A DNA stretch of 50,870 nt, filler included, from Basidiobolus ranarum (taxonomy: Eukaryota): NCBI GenBank assembly GCA_040143965.1. It is 2 parts of 2 records of this genome, joined end to end, with 100 filler letters (N's around TTAATTAATTAA, not from the genome) between each part and the next. Parts side by side here need not be neighbours in the genome. Positions count along the whole stretch, not along the records: positions 1 to 25,513 come from JASJQH010000142.1; positions 25,614 to 50,870 come from JASJQH010000143.1. One strand, given 5' to 3'. The notes beneath the pieces are model-generated. The model saw only the letters and a program-made list of their open reading frames with translations, did not search any database and was not told where the DNA came from. Made by a program: the position numbers and the translations under genes. Of this stretch, positions 16,702 to 27,728 are shown one piece after another (positions within the stretch are counted from its first letter, which is position 1; every line of letters starts with the position of its first letter).

Positions 16702-17527
16702 ATCTCTTGGAATCTGTTGCACCAAGAGCAGTATTGAAAGATGATTATGAAAAGGTCAAGCTAAATCAAGCGATATACAGATCGATTCAAATAAGATTGA
16801 AAGTGTATATGCCTCAAACGAGTAGTTTGGGAAAATGAAAGTGCACTTGTATTCGGAGTCATGAGTGATGGTATTTAAAGGAGGGGAAAAAGGAGCTCAC
16901 CCCTATCTTTTGAAATATCATATTCAACTTATATTAGGTCACATCTACATATGCATCCACTTGTACACATATATCCCCCAGTAAGCCAGCCTTCAAGAGT
17001 ATTCTGATACTTATTCGATATGGATTTAACAACCCCACCTTCACCCTCTCAAGAACACTCCTTATCCAATAAATCCGAGGCAAATACTCCGAACGTAAAG
17101 AGACAGAAATCCATGCAATGTAAGCAACCCCAAATCAACAATACTGTGGGGAGCTCAAAGATGATATTGAAGGGTGTCTTCGAGGAAGCGAATCTATTTT
17201 GTTAACTGAATCTGACACTTTTGACTGAATAATATGTTTGTAAAGGAATTACGGTCTTTCATGTGATACTCCGAAATTTATTGCAACCAACTCCTTGCAT
17301 GGTGTGCATCGTAACGGTGTTGAACTCTACACAGTTGTGATTTCTGAAGTATAGCATGTTTTGTACGAATACAGAATGAAGGAAAGAATACACTATGATA
17401 TGATGAACTATTCCAGAATCAAGCTAGAAAATGGTATTAATACAATAAGTATAATATATTTCCAATGAAAATGTAAATGTATAAGGGGGATTGTGGATTA
17501 GGGAGCTATGGTTTACTGATACGCCCA

Positions 17528-18362
17528 TTAATTGCTGATAATAGCTTCCTGAGGAATCATCGAAGCGAATTCATCGGTTTCAATCAATTCTTTGACAATA
17601 TCCAAACCACCAGCAAGTTCACCATTAATGTAAAGCTGGGGATAAGTAGGCCAGTTGGAGAACTCTTTAAGGGCTTGACGTACTTCATCATCGCTGAGAA
17701 TATCAAAGTAACCAAATCGGACATGATTATCTTGAAGAATTTGGATCAATTGACGAGAGAAACCGCAACGTGGTTGTGCTGGTTCTCCCTTCATGAATAA
17801 CATTACTGGTGCTTGGTGAGTAAGTTGGGTAAGACGAGCTTTAATGTCTTGTTCGGCGTTGTTTTCAGTGGCATTACCATTAATGTCAGTATAGTCAGAA
17901 ATCCCCGATAATTTGGCATATTTTTCAACGGTCTGGTTCAACTCAGGGGCATTGGCACCCTCGACTCTAGCCAAGATCTTTCCATCCTGTTATAATCAAA
18001 CAGTTAAATAACTTTGACCAGGTATCCAAGTAAACATTAGACCCAAAACTTACTTTGACAAAAACAAAGGATGGCACAGCTGCGATTTCGTAATCTTCTG
18101 ATATATCTGAGAAGGCTTCAGCCTCAACCTAAGATGGAGTAAAGATGAGAATGGTGCAAAATAAAAATGCTAACAATGTAGGGTATACCTTAATAAACAA
18201 AAAACTGGAGTATTTGCTGGCCAATTCAGCAAAAACTTCGTTCATTTGAGAGCAAGGGGCGGCCCAAGAAGCCCAAAAATTGAGTACAATGGTTTTGTCT
18301 CTATTTTCGGTATATATTTGTTGATATTGCTCGTCAGATTGGAGTTCAATGTGGTTCAACAT
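17528..18362 (-). CDS. GRX4: Monothiol glutaredoxin, Trx-Grx fusion (Grx3/Grx4/PICOT type), 3 exons
   Basis: Trx-like domain NFWASWAAPC; Grx domain LFMKGEP…PRCGFS, WPTYPQLYINGELAGGLDI. Confidence 0.96.
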
Positions 18363-18666
18363 GGTGAAGACTTTTCAAAAGAATAAAGTTGGATAGAATT
18401 AGTGTTTATATTTTATGAGCCAACAATTGATGAGAATGGCGTGAAATCAAATTCGTTATTTGTAAGGAAAATTGAACCTTCGAGAAAAAAAAGGATTATT
18501 TCAAATCAGGTTTGTATTTAGCAACATGAATCATCACTGATAATCGAATACTATCCAATTCTGGGTATTATTGTGAAGCAAGTTAACCACACTTCTTCCG
18601 ATTCGGATGATTCGGAATGTTCAGTGTCAGAACCTACGAGTGGTTCACCAGGTAACGTAGCCTTCA

Positions 18667-18790
18667 AATTGTACCAACCAAGCTTTCGAATAGGAATTGC
18701 ACCAACCAAGCTTTCGAATAAGAATTGCACCAACCAAGCTTTCGAATAGGAATTGTACCAACCAAGCTTTCGAATAGGAATTGTACCAAC
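18667..18790. repeat. Minisatellite, 28-bp unit AATTGYACCAACCAAGCTTTCGAATARG x4.4
   Basis: Units start at 18667, 18695, 18723, 18751 and (partial) 18779; no spacers. Confidence 0.95.
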
Positions 18791-19153
18791 ATAGCCCCCA
18801 TCATGTACTACAAATCACTGCACTCCACCAGGTGTCAGAGGTGTAGGCAGATCTAGAAATCAACACTTGGGTCTTATCTTGAAGGAAAGCAGATGGAAGG
18901 GCTAGGTCAAGATATTTCCAAGTCTAGCCTGTCACTGGAACTGTCCGAAGTGACTTATCAGATCCACATATAAAGTAGGGCATGTATATATATATATGTT
19001 GAGGAAAACTCATTTATTTATAAAATATGGTGTCAAAAAGTAGGTCTAAAAGGATCAACAAAAATGAAGGGAAATAATTTCTATATTAATTTTAATAGGT
19101 ATCTGTAGTAGCTAAACATCGCCTAGGTTATAATTCCTGCCCATTTTTTCTCT

Positions 19154-20319
19154 CTAAATGCGTACTCGACTAGATTGCTTTAGGCTACTGTTAATCCTGG
19201 TGGCACTTTGTGTGGAATGTCCAGTAGGTTTAACATTCTTTTCTGCTTGGGTTTGTGCACGCTTTTGCTTTGCCTCGCTGGGTGAAATGTAGGTTCCTAA
19301 CAAGCGATCCCAGTGTGTAAAGAATGGTTGAGAGTAATTGCTCTTGAGGCCATAGAGTTGATGATGGATATCGTGACTAAAAATTGAACCGTATAAGTAT
19401 TTCGTTTCAAAAGGTACTATATATGGTTACTACTTACTAAGCTACATTGTTTCCGAAAATTCGTTGCAAAGGATCGAATGGCAAACTATATCCGCAATGA
19501 TCGTCAACTAAGTGGTTTAAACTGGTTAGATAGCTCATCTAGAACCATGGCCAAAATACCAGTACTTACTTGTTTTAATGGTAGAGAAAGTGAAGAATAC
19601 TATGGCTCCACGGGTAGACAAGCCGGACATAGTAAAAGCAATTCCGGCACCAACTGAGTCAAGCACAAAGCCCTCCAAAGGATGATTGTACAGGGCACCA
19701 AAAGCATAAGGACAGTAAACTCTATGATGGACCGAATGGAAGGTGCGGTATAGGAAAGCGTTGTTATGGAACCAACGGTGAAGGAAATACTCAATGGTAT
19801 CCAAGACAAACCTAAAAACAATCAAATATTAGAATTTTCAAAGATAAAGAAAATTTCTCTTCCTAAAACTTACAAAGCAACCATAAAGCGTGCAAATGGT
19901 ATAGCTACCCAGGTCATAAACTGAGAAACTAAGGCCAAAAAGTAAGCTGTGGAGGGATCCAGTTGACAAAGACTTATAACATTGAAGAATTGGAAACACT
20001 CTTCTTGATATTGGCTGGCCAACACACTGATCGGGGTGAATGAGTAATCTGTTTGATCTTCACTTTCAGCTGCAACAATGAGCAAGCCTACCATGGTCTG
20101 GAGGATTTGTTGAAGCAAAACATTTCCCATTACCTCCTTGACAGTAACTTTGTTTTTGGCCTTTTCCTCTTCAGGAGTGTGGATTTTATATTTCTCAAAG
20201 AAAGGAAGACGGAGTTCACTCATCATGTAGAAAAACCCAGAGAAGAGCCAATAGGCAGCGACTGGCGACACAAGCGACAGTGTCTTATCCGATACAAAGG
20301 AAAGAAGTTGCGTCGTCAT
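19154..20319 (-). CDS. SUR2: Sphinganine C4-hydroxylase (fatty acid hydroxylase/sterol desaturase superfamily), 4 exons
   Basis: His boxes YFLHRWFH, HSVHHRVY and YHDIHHQ; PYAFGALYNHPLEG, DDHCGYSLPFDPLQ, NYSQPFFTHWD; ATG at 20319 (ORF track start at 20370 is GTG). Confidence 0.93.
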
Positions 20320-21121
20320 GTTTAGGCGGAGTCCTTCAACCTGATCAAAAGGTACAAGAGCAAGAGACACCGGGGAATACAGAAGTAACGATGATGGCTC
20401 AGTATATAAATAAATAATGGTTCTAACGAAAACGGGGTTATCCCCATTAATGGGATATCAAGAGATCGGTGTGGACTAGCCTTGAGCTCATCTATGTCGT
20501 TTACCTGCAAGAGACTAGAATAATTTAATGATAAAAATTGTACAAATTAGCTAATGATAAGAAAGGTTGCTTTACCACACACAAGCAGTCAGCAATTGAA
20601 CAAACTTGTCTAGGTTTGCCAAATCACATTCTAGTTCCATCTATTCCACTTTGGGATTGACAGGGCTTTTGGTTTAACCACTAATTTGCCAGCCATAATA
20701 ACTCAATTCGCTCACTATTCCAGATTATTGTCGGGAAAACTATTAAGTCACTTGCTAAACGATCGACATTAGTCAATTGTTTTGATGCATTCTACTGGCA
20801 CAAACATTCTTCTAGCACACAAGATGGAAGGAAGGATGTTTTATTACATCTATTGAAGGGTGATTATGCATAGAGTTGTGTAAAGATTGAGTAGGGAAAT
20901 GTGTATGGAATAAAGAAACTTGGTGCACGACATAATCAATAATATAAGGTTTGATTCGAGTCAGGTAACGTAAAATTGGTAACTCGTAAATAATTGCAAA
21001 AAACACTATTAATACACTATGTTGAAGGAGAGGGGACACCATGAATCTTGGGGTTACCATGTAACCAGTAAGATACACAACTGTCAGAGATGAATGCTTG
21101 GAACGCTATGAACTATGATAC

Positions 21122-22227
21122 CTATGGGTTCGCTGTAGCAAGGGCCTCGTCATTCCTTGATTTAATGAACCACTTGAAATACTCATATGTAGACCATGAG
21201 ATAGCAGTTGCTGGCATGTGAGAGAGTACGCGAGGCTTCCACCCTCTAAGGAGACCGCGTACACCATCATGTTTCAAAATAATTTTGAAAGCAGATAACA
21301 TCCCCGAAGCGCTACGAACATCAGCGTTGGTAGACGTGCCACGAGTTTGGAGGAGTGTTTTAGCAACATCAAGAGGTGTTGTTGCAGCCGCGGCAAATGC
21401 ACCAGCAACACCACCAGAAATAATATGGGTTTTAGGATCGTAAGTTCCATTTGGGTTCAAAACACCACATAGATATTCATATGTAGCAAACTGAATTGAT
21501 TGGAATGGAATGGTCATGGTGAGTGTTGTGGGATATGAAACATAGAAGGCGGAAAATCCTTCGGTCTTAAAAACATTCTTAGCACATTCCAAGACACTTT
21601 TGTAGTTAGATCCGTGAACTTGCATTCTTTGTTTGATCACTAATAATATTTAGAATATTAGATATGTTCAACAGGATGAATATAGTAATGCTTAATACCA
21701 TCGAATGGGTTCATTAAAGCGTCACTGGCGATAGTTGCGCAGGCACCAGCAGCACCTATAAAGTTATCGTTAGTAAACATGTAATTAAATATACATTTCT
21801 CAACTGCTCAAGTTTACCTGTAGCAATTGGATGATGGCCAAGTCCACTACCACCAAATAAAGTTTTACAGTGTTCATATGTAGCAAAATATAGAGCATGA
21901 GCAGGTCCAGCTCCAAGAATGACCGAATTTACACCTCTCCAGAGAGAGCGTGCACCTTCAGTAGTAGTCATACGGGTGATTGCTTGAACAACTCCCGAAT
22001 AAACAGCTTGAGGATTGGGATTTAAAATTTGCATTCTAGTCTGTATTTGGGTAAGCAAATGGATTTGAAGAGTGAACTAAATAAGCATATCAACCAACCT
22101 TAACACTATCAAAAGGATGCATAACCGTATGTTCAGTTATTCCAGCCAATGCACCTGCAATAAGGTGAGTAACCACAGAGGCGCTCTCAGGTAAAGCTTC
22201 ATAATCGTATTCTTCGTTGTCAGACAT
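21122..22227 (-). CDS. MRS3: Mitochondrial iron carrier (mitoferrin, Mrs3/Mrs4 type), 4 coding exons
   Basis: [44 protein letters not shown]…[29 protein letters not shown]; three carrier repeats. Confidence 0.95.
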
Positions 22228-23761
22228 TTTCTAGTAAATCCAAATTCTAAATAGTCAGTTTTACGTCTGTAGAAAAGTAGATAAATAAGGTAAACTAACA
22301 TTTGAAGTAAGCGCAAGTGCTGAATGGGGCAGAGAGAAAAGTACGGAGTATACCTGAATTTGCAAGGAGTTACAAATTGTTCGTCCACTTGTTTACGAGT
22401 ATTTAATGGTTTAACAGGATAACAATTTTTTTTCCTTGTTACAGAGGGTCATGAATATATCCATCTGATCATGTAATGTAACCCACAAAAGAGCAACTTC
22501 GAGTAATTTAGGTTGATTTACTATTCATTATAATGATCAATATATGCCCTATTAGTATCTTTGGCATCTTGAAATCGATTAATTATTATTCAGCACAATA
22601 AGACTGGGAAATGATCCTGAAAGAAATTCTTCAGAACTCGAATATTAAAAGTTGCCCCTTATGAAAGCGATTATTAATCCCAAATCGAACCACGACTTCA
22701 CTTTCCTCCGAGTACTCTTGCTCCATTTAAAGAAGGAGTGCTACAGGATTAAGAGTCTTCGATTAATTGGGATACAGATTGGGTATAAATGGTAGTTGAC
22801 TTGGAGAATGAAGTCGAGCTGCGGGGGGTCAAGTTGAGCTGATTAATAAAGATCTGATAACAAGTTGAGCATATATATATGGATTTGATTTGAAAATCGA
22901 GTTGCATTGTGATAGTATCAACTGAGCTTAGTCAGCTTATCACTAAGCACACTACACCAATAAATGTCAATATTAGCTCGCTGACCTTCACCTACAATCC
23001 AAATATAATTGAAGTAGTGCTTAGTTCAATACTATCGGAGTTATCAGATGTTTTATCAGATCTCGGTATATCTCAATTCACACAATGCTAAACACATGAC
23101 CTTGTGAGCACAACCTCGTGGTCACCTTTACTCATCTTTGTTCTCACTGTTACCACCACCACAACCACCACCATCGCAACCTCAACTTGATCTTAGATGA
23201 CTGTTTTTACGCGCTATACTGATCTTAGATGAATACGCAATCTGTCGTAACGCTCCATTGGATGCGGTGAGAAGGCGGTACTACGAATGGGATCACAGGT
23301 GACGCCACCAGTTAAAATCGTTGATTGGAGAACTCACAACCTCTTATCGCAATGATCAATTTCTAAGCCCAAAATTCTTGATTTAGTTGAAGCAAAGGAT
23401 TTCAAAACAAATCACAGTAGAAAGTATACCTAACCAAAAAATCATCATGCGAACGGGTGAAGATTGAGCGAGAGTGCAGATGAAAATCAAGAATATTTAG
23501 CAACCATTGGTTTAATGTGTCTTATGGGCCCTGTTTAGGCTTAGTTGATGAGGGAAATAATACTGAGACCAAGATTTATTAGGATCGTTACAACTAAAAA
23601 TCCCCCTTCTATCATGCACCAGTGTTCCTTTTCTCTTCACTCCACTTACTTTGTACTGAACGTTAACATGCAAGGGAAATAGTCATATTCTCCTTATAAC
23701 TAGCTCTCTCTCACCTTCCATAACTGCTATATTGTTAAATGTTCTATGTAAAGTATATTTA

Positions 23762-23825
23762 AACGAGTAATAGACCTGATCTCAACATCTATTTTAACGA
23801 GTAATAGACCTAATCTCAACATCTA
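23762..23825. repeat. Direct duplication of ~30 bp (AACGAGTAATAGACCTRATCTCAACATCTA x2)
   Basis: Copies at 23762-23791 and 23796-23825. Confidence 0.85.
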
Positions 23826-24232
23826 CCCCTATCTCTACACCTGATTTTGATTTTAAGTAAATTCTACATCACCTGAGCCTTCATATTATATAGCCCCAAA
23901 CAAAGGTATCAAGAATCTGCAAAACATACCTCTATGTGAAGTACCACAAGTCTTATTGGTACAGTTAAGCAAGAATAACAAGCAGCTAATAAACCAATAT
24001 ATCTGTAGAGTGTGCCTTTACTTGGACCTCAAACACACTTAGTGAGTCAAAGGAGTGGCCATTTTTGGAAAGTAGCTTGGCTAGTTTTCTTTAAGGTCCA
24101 TGTACAAAGATAAATTGAGGTATATAAAAGAGTTATATATATGTGCTGATATGAACCAAGAAAGTAATGTACTTGTTATTGCTAAAACATGTGGAATCTC
24201 AGGAAGAACACCATAATGATTTGTGTGCAATC

Positions 24233-24676
24233 TGTTAAAGTATTTGGGAGCCTAATTTCTCAAATTTCTGTCCAGCTAAAGGTTTGGTTAATACATCAGC
24301 AATCATGTCTTCTGTAGAACAACAACTTAAGTCAACAAGCTTATTTTCTATAGTCTCTCTAGTAAAATGATGTCTAATATCTATATGTTTGTTTCTAGCA
24401 TGAAACATGGGATTTCTAGCTAATTTGCAAAACCTCTAATTATCTTGAAATATTTCAGTTGGTGAATTTTAAGAATAGCCCAAATTTGCTAGGAGTTTTC
24501 TTAACCATATTGCTTCTGTTGTTGTTTCACAAGCAGCCATATATTCTGCTTCTGTTGTTGAAAGTGCCAAGGTACATTGTTTCTTTGAATTCCAAGAAAT
24601 TGCTCCATTACACCAAAGAAATAAATATCCTGTTGTAGACCTCTTGTCTTCAATATCTCTTCCCCAATTTGGATCT
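24233..24676 (-). mobile_element. Ty1/copia pol fragment (RNase H) ending in the last 21 bp of an LTR
   Basis: NWGRDIEDKRSTTGY, AISWNSKKQ…LALSTTEAEYMA, FHARNKHIDIRHHF, MIADVLTKPL with in-frame stops; joined to AGGCTCCCAAATACTTTAACA (24233-24253, minus strand). Confidence 0.9.
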
Positions 24677-25341
24677 TGTTTAAATTGGCATTGCCTAAGC
24701 ACCTATATAGTTATATATAGCTTGGTACTTAGTTATCTTATACTTCACTAAGATATCATTTATTATTCTCAATTGGAATTTACTTGGAATATGCTCACCA
24801 ATGTAGATGTTCTCAGATATATAGATTTTTCAAGCTTGTACTAGAAGCCTCAAAAGTTGCTTATATGTTCCTGGGACCTTCCTTAACACATTCTACATGT
24901 TAGTTTGTTTTCATCTTGACAAAGTTATAAATGTCAACTTTCTGCTCAATAAATCAATAAGTGAAAACCACCAATTCCTCTAATTCTCCAAGCCACTTCC
25001 TACAGGCTCCCAAATACTTTAGCAGGTTATGCACCCCAAGCTTGCACTCTCTGCAATATCTACTTCTCAAATCTATGGAACTTTTCCCTCTGCTGAAAAA
25101 TTGGATGGAACCAATTATCAAGTTTGGAAAATCAAAATGAAAATGTGGCTGCAAGAAAAATGACTTTGGGACACTGTTGTAGGAGAAGAAAACAATGTAA
25201 AAATATCTGAAACCAAAGTCTTACTCCAGGTTAAAAAAGAACAAAGTGTCTTTAACAAGATCTGTCATAATGTTAAAGACAAATAACTAATTCAATGTTC
25301 AAGAGCTAAAACTGCCAAGAAGGTATGGAAAGCCTTGGAAG
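24677..25341 (+). mobile_element. Ty1/copia 5' LTR (~24677-25024), primer-binding site and decayed gag start
   Basis: LTR TGTTTAAA…TTTAGCA with internal AATAAA; followed at once by GGTTATGCACCC; then EKLDGTNYQVWKIKMKMWLQEK*LWDTV and AKTAKKVWKALE (copia gag motifs). The left LTR boundary is approximate. Confidence 0.85.
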
Positions 25342-25513
25342 TGTTAAAGTATTTGGGAGCCTGTTGGAAGTGGTTTGGAGAATTAGAGGAATTGGTGGTT
25401 TCCACTTATTGATTTATTGAGTAGAAAGTTGACATTTATAGTTTTGTCAAGATGTAAGCAAGTCAACATATAGAATGTGTTAAGAAAGGTCCCAGGAACA
25501 TGTGTGCAAAGTT
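25342..25513 (-). mobile_element. LTR 3' part of the same copia family in inverted orientation, interrupting gag; truncated by the gap
   Basis: TGTTAAAGTATTTGGGAGCC…AAGGTCCCAGGAACA is the reverse complement of ~24855-25024 with scattered substitutions. Confidence 0.88.
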
Positions 25514-25613
25514 NNNNNNNNNNNNNNNNNNNNNNNNNNNNNNNNNNNNNNNNNNNNTTAATTAATTAANNNNNNNNNNNNNNNNNNNNNNNNNNNNNNN
25601 NNNNNNNNNNNNN
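25514..25613. other. Artificial assembly gap/linker: 44 N + TTAATTAATTAA + 44 N
   Basis: Exactly 100 bp, with a palindromic all-frame stop cassette in the middle. Confidence 0.95.
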
Positions 25614-25728
25614 TACATCTTTACAAACCTATAAATGTCAACTTACTACTCAATAAATCAATAAGTGAAACCCACCAATTCCTCTAACTCTCCAAACCAC
25701 TTCCAACAGGCTCCCAAATACTTTAACA
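25614..25728 (+). mobile_element. LTR 3' end of the same copia family (3' or solo LTR)
   Basis: Matches 24910-25024 and ends CAAATACTTTAACA; no PBS follows. Confidence 0.88.
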
Positions 25729-27494
25729 ATTAGCATTCCGCACATATTAAGGGAAGATATTAGTCAAGTATATCATCATACATTATCCATATTATAAGCT
25801 TGCTTCAATGAATAATTTCAAACATTTGTCTTCAATGGTAGTTTGCTCTGTTGCATGATTAAAGCTTATCTTGATAGTGCAACTTTATTATATGTATATG
25901 TGGTTTATATAAGGAAATAGAGTTTCTAATGGTTTGTAGGATATATGCAATGAATAGACTTCAAATTTTGTACTTTAAAAAGTGATACTGTAGATTAATA
26001 AGGGTATTGAGGTCAAAACCTCTATGGGACTAAAATAGCCTACTTTGGGGCTAATGTGAGACACTTTGATATTTCAAGTTGGACTTCGCTGATTCTTGAA
26101 TAAATCACATATCTAAAATCAGAGAATTTTCAAAAATAAACAAGTGTATACTCAGCTGTATTTGAAGTAGATTTATGGGACTTCAATATTTGCGGAACTT
26201 TGATTTGATCATTTTGAATCAGCATAATTGAATGACTATGGGATCATTATCACGTTTAGGGTTAGCCTAGGTTATGGGATAGATCTCAGCCACTGCTTGT
26301 GGTTGTCTATTATATGGATGCTTACCTAAAAAAAGATTACAAAAAAAAACCAATCTATCAAGGCACATGGAGGGTCTAAAAAAGTAGTATTTGCTAGAAA
26401 GCGGAACTATCGAGATTAAGTGTGGCGTGAATATTGATTGGTATGTGGAATGGTAAATGATGGGTATTGCATTAGAATTTTTCAATCGAGGCAGATAAGA
26501 AGCAGATAAAAGCGATGATAACAATGTTAGCAAATGAACTTTTGTATAATGGTCAGAAGGAAATTGATTTGATCCCAACAACGGATATTTATCTCCCAAA
26601 TATGTAAGATTTGCGAATCAAGTTAGCATGATATTGGACGTCTATATATTGTATATAGTAGTCTCAATGTATTTTCTCTTTAAGTAGCCTAAACCATTTA
26701 AGGGAATCATCTAAAATAGAAGGCTTAGGTGGCCGGTGTATATTTACGGCAAGTGCCCTTTTCTAAGAACCTTTCTCGTGTATATTTGAGGGCTAGCCTT
26801 GGGAGAGACTTTTTCTTCTAAATTCAAACAGTCGAAAGCAACGTACTGATAGGTACAATCTATACAATCTAAACAATCTAAATCAGAGTAATAGCAAGTA
26901 CAACTTTAACAGTCCCTTTTTTCGGAGGGTGTGAGACATAAGTGAAACATCCGATCAAGTATGTTGGACTTGCAGCAAAGATAGTGTCGATCACCAAGCT
27001 TTCATTAAGATAGATTACTAGGAAACTACAGCAACGGCATTCATGGTCGTAATATGCAAGCATAGGAACCAGTTGTCCATGCAAGGGCTTAAACCAAGGA
27101 TCTCTAGCACTCTCCAACTTGAAATGCTCTAACTATAGCTGAGATGAATTTTAGAGTTTCGCATGCAAGATGTAGCGCTCACCTTAAGCGTTCAACTAAG
27201 GACTTGCTTTCAACCCTATCATTACTGAATTCCCCTTAAATACCGCATGTTGTTGAGTTGTCTTGATCGTTTGCATCAGGAGAAATATGTGCAGCGATGG
27301 AGCAACTAGACAAAGTCGAGGGGCTTTAACTAGGCTAATAGGTGTGAGCTGCTTACAAAGTGGCTGACTTCCCCTGTACGGTGTTTTCTCAAGCAAGGAA
27401 CAGAGCATTCAACTCGTCGTCTTGTGCTTATCCACTCCTTAGCAAAAAAGGAAAGTATGAACGAATCAAAAGCGATTACACTGTAAAAGCATCA

Positions 27495-27531
27495 ATATAG
27501 GGTGTCGATATAGGGTGTCGATATAGGGTGT
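27495..27531. repeat. Tandem repeat, 13-bp unit ATATAGGGTGTCG x~3, upstream of the F-box gene
   Basis: Read directly. Confidence 0.8.
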
Positions 27532-27728
27532 TATATATCACAAATAGATACAAATTGATGCTAATTCCATCAGTGCTCGATACTATTCGCTCAGCCATAG
27601 TTTCCTCAACCGAATCTTCTGTGGATCATCAGGCAGATCCGTTATGGATGAATTTGGATGAGTAAATTGGGATGGATATTTGAGTCGATTGAATATAAAA
27701 GCCATCAGTGTGGAGTTTAGTTCGTCAA

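Noticed and set aside
18696-18732. TGCACC within the minisatellite as an Aft1-type iron element
   Set aside because: Incomplete match to TGCACCC, present in only two units, and Aft1/2 factors are restricted to budding yeasts.
18667-18790. 28-bp repeat array as a CRISPR array
   Set aside because: Units are contiguous with no spacers, no cas genes are present and the context is eukaryotic.
25558-25569. TTAATTAATTAA palindrome as a biological motif
   Set aside because: It is centred in 44+44 Ns, typical of an artificial scaffold linker.
25342-25728. Inverted repeats flanking the gap as terminal inverted repeats of a DNA transposon or MITE
   Set aside because: The same sequence acts as an LTR in front of a PBS and copia gag at 25024, and the flanks (GGAAG / ATTAG) form no target-site duplication.
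26267-27408. Short ORFs right of the copia nest
   Set aside because: Mostly non-ATG starts, no domains and no consistent exon chain.
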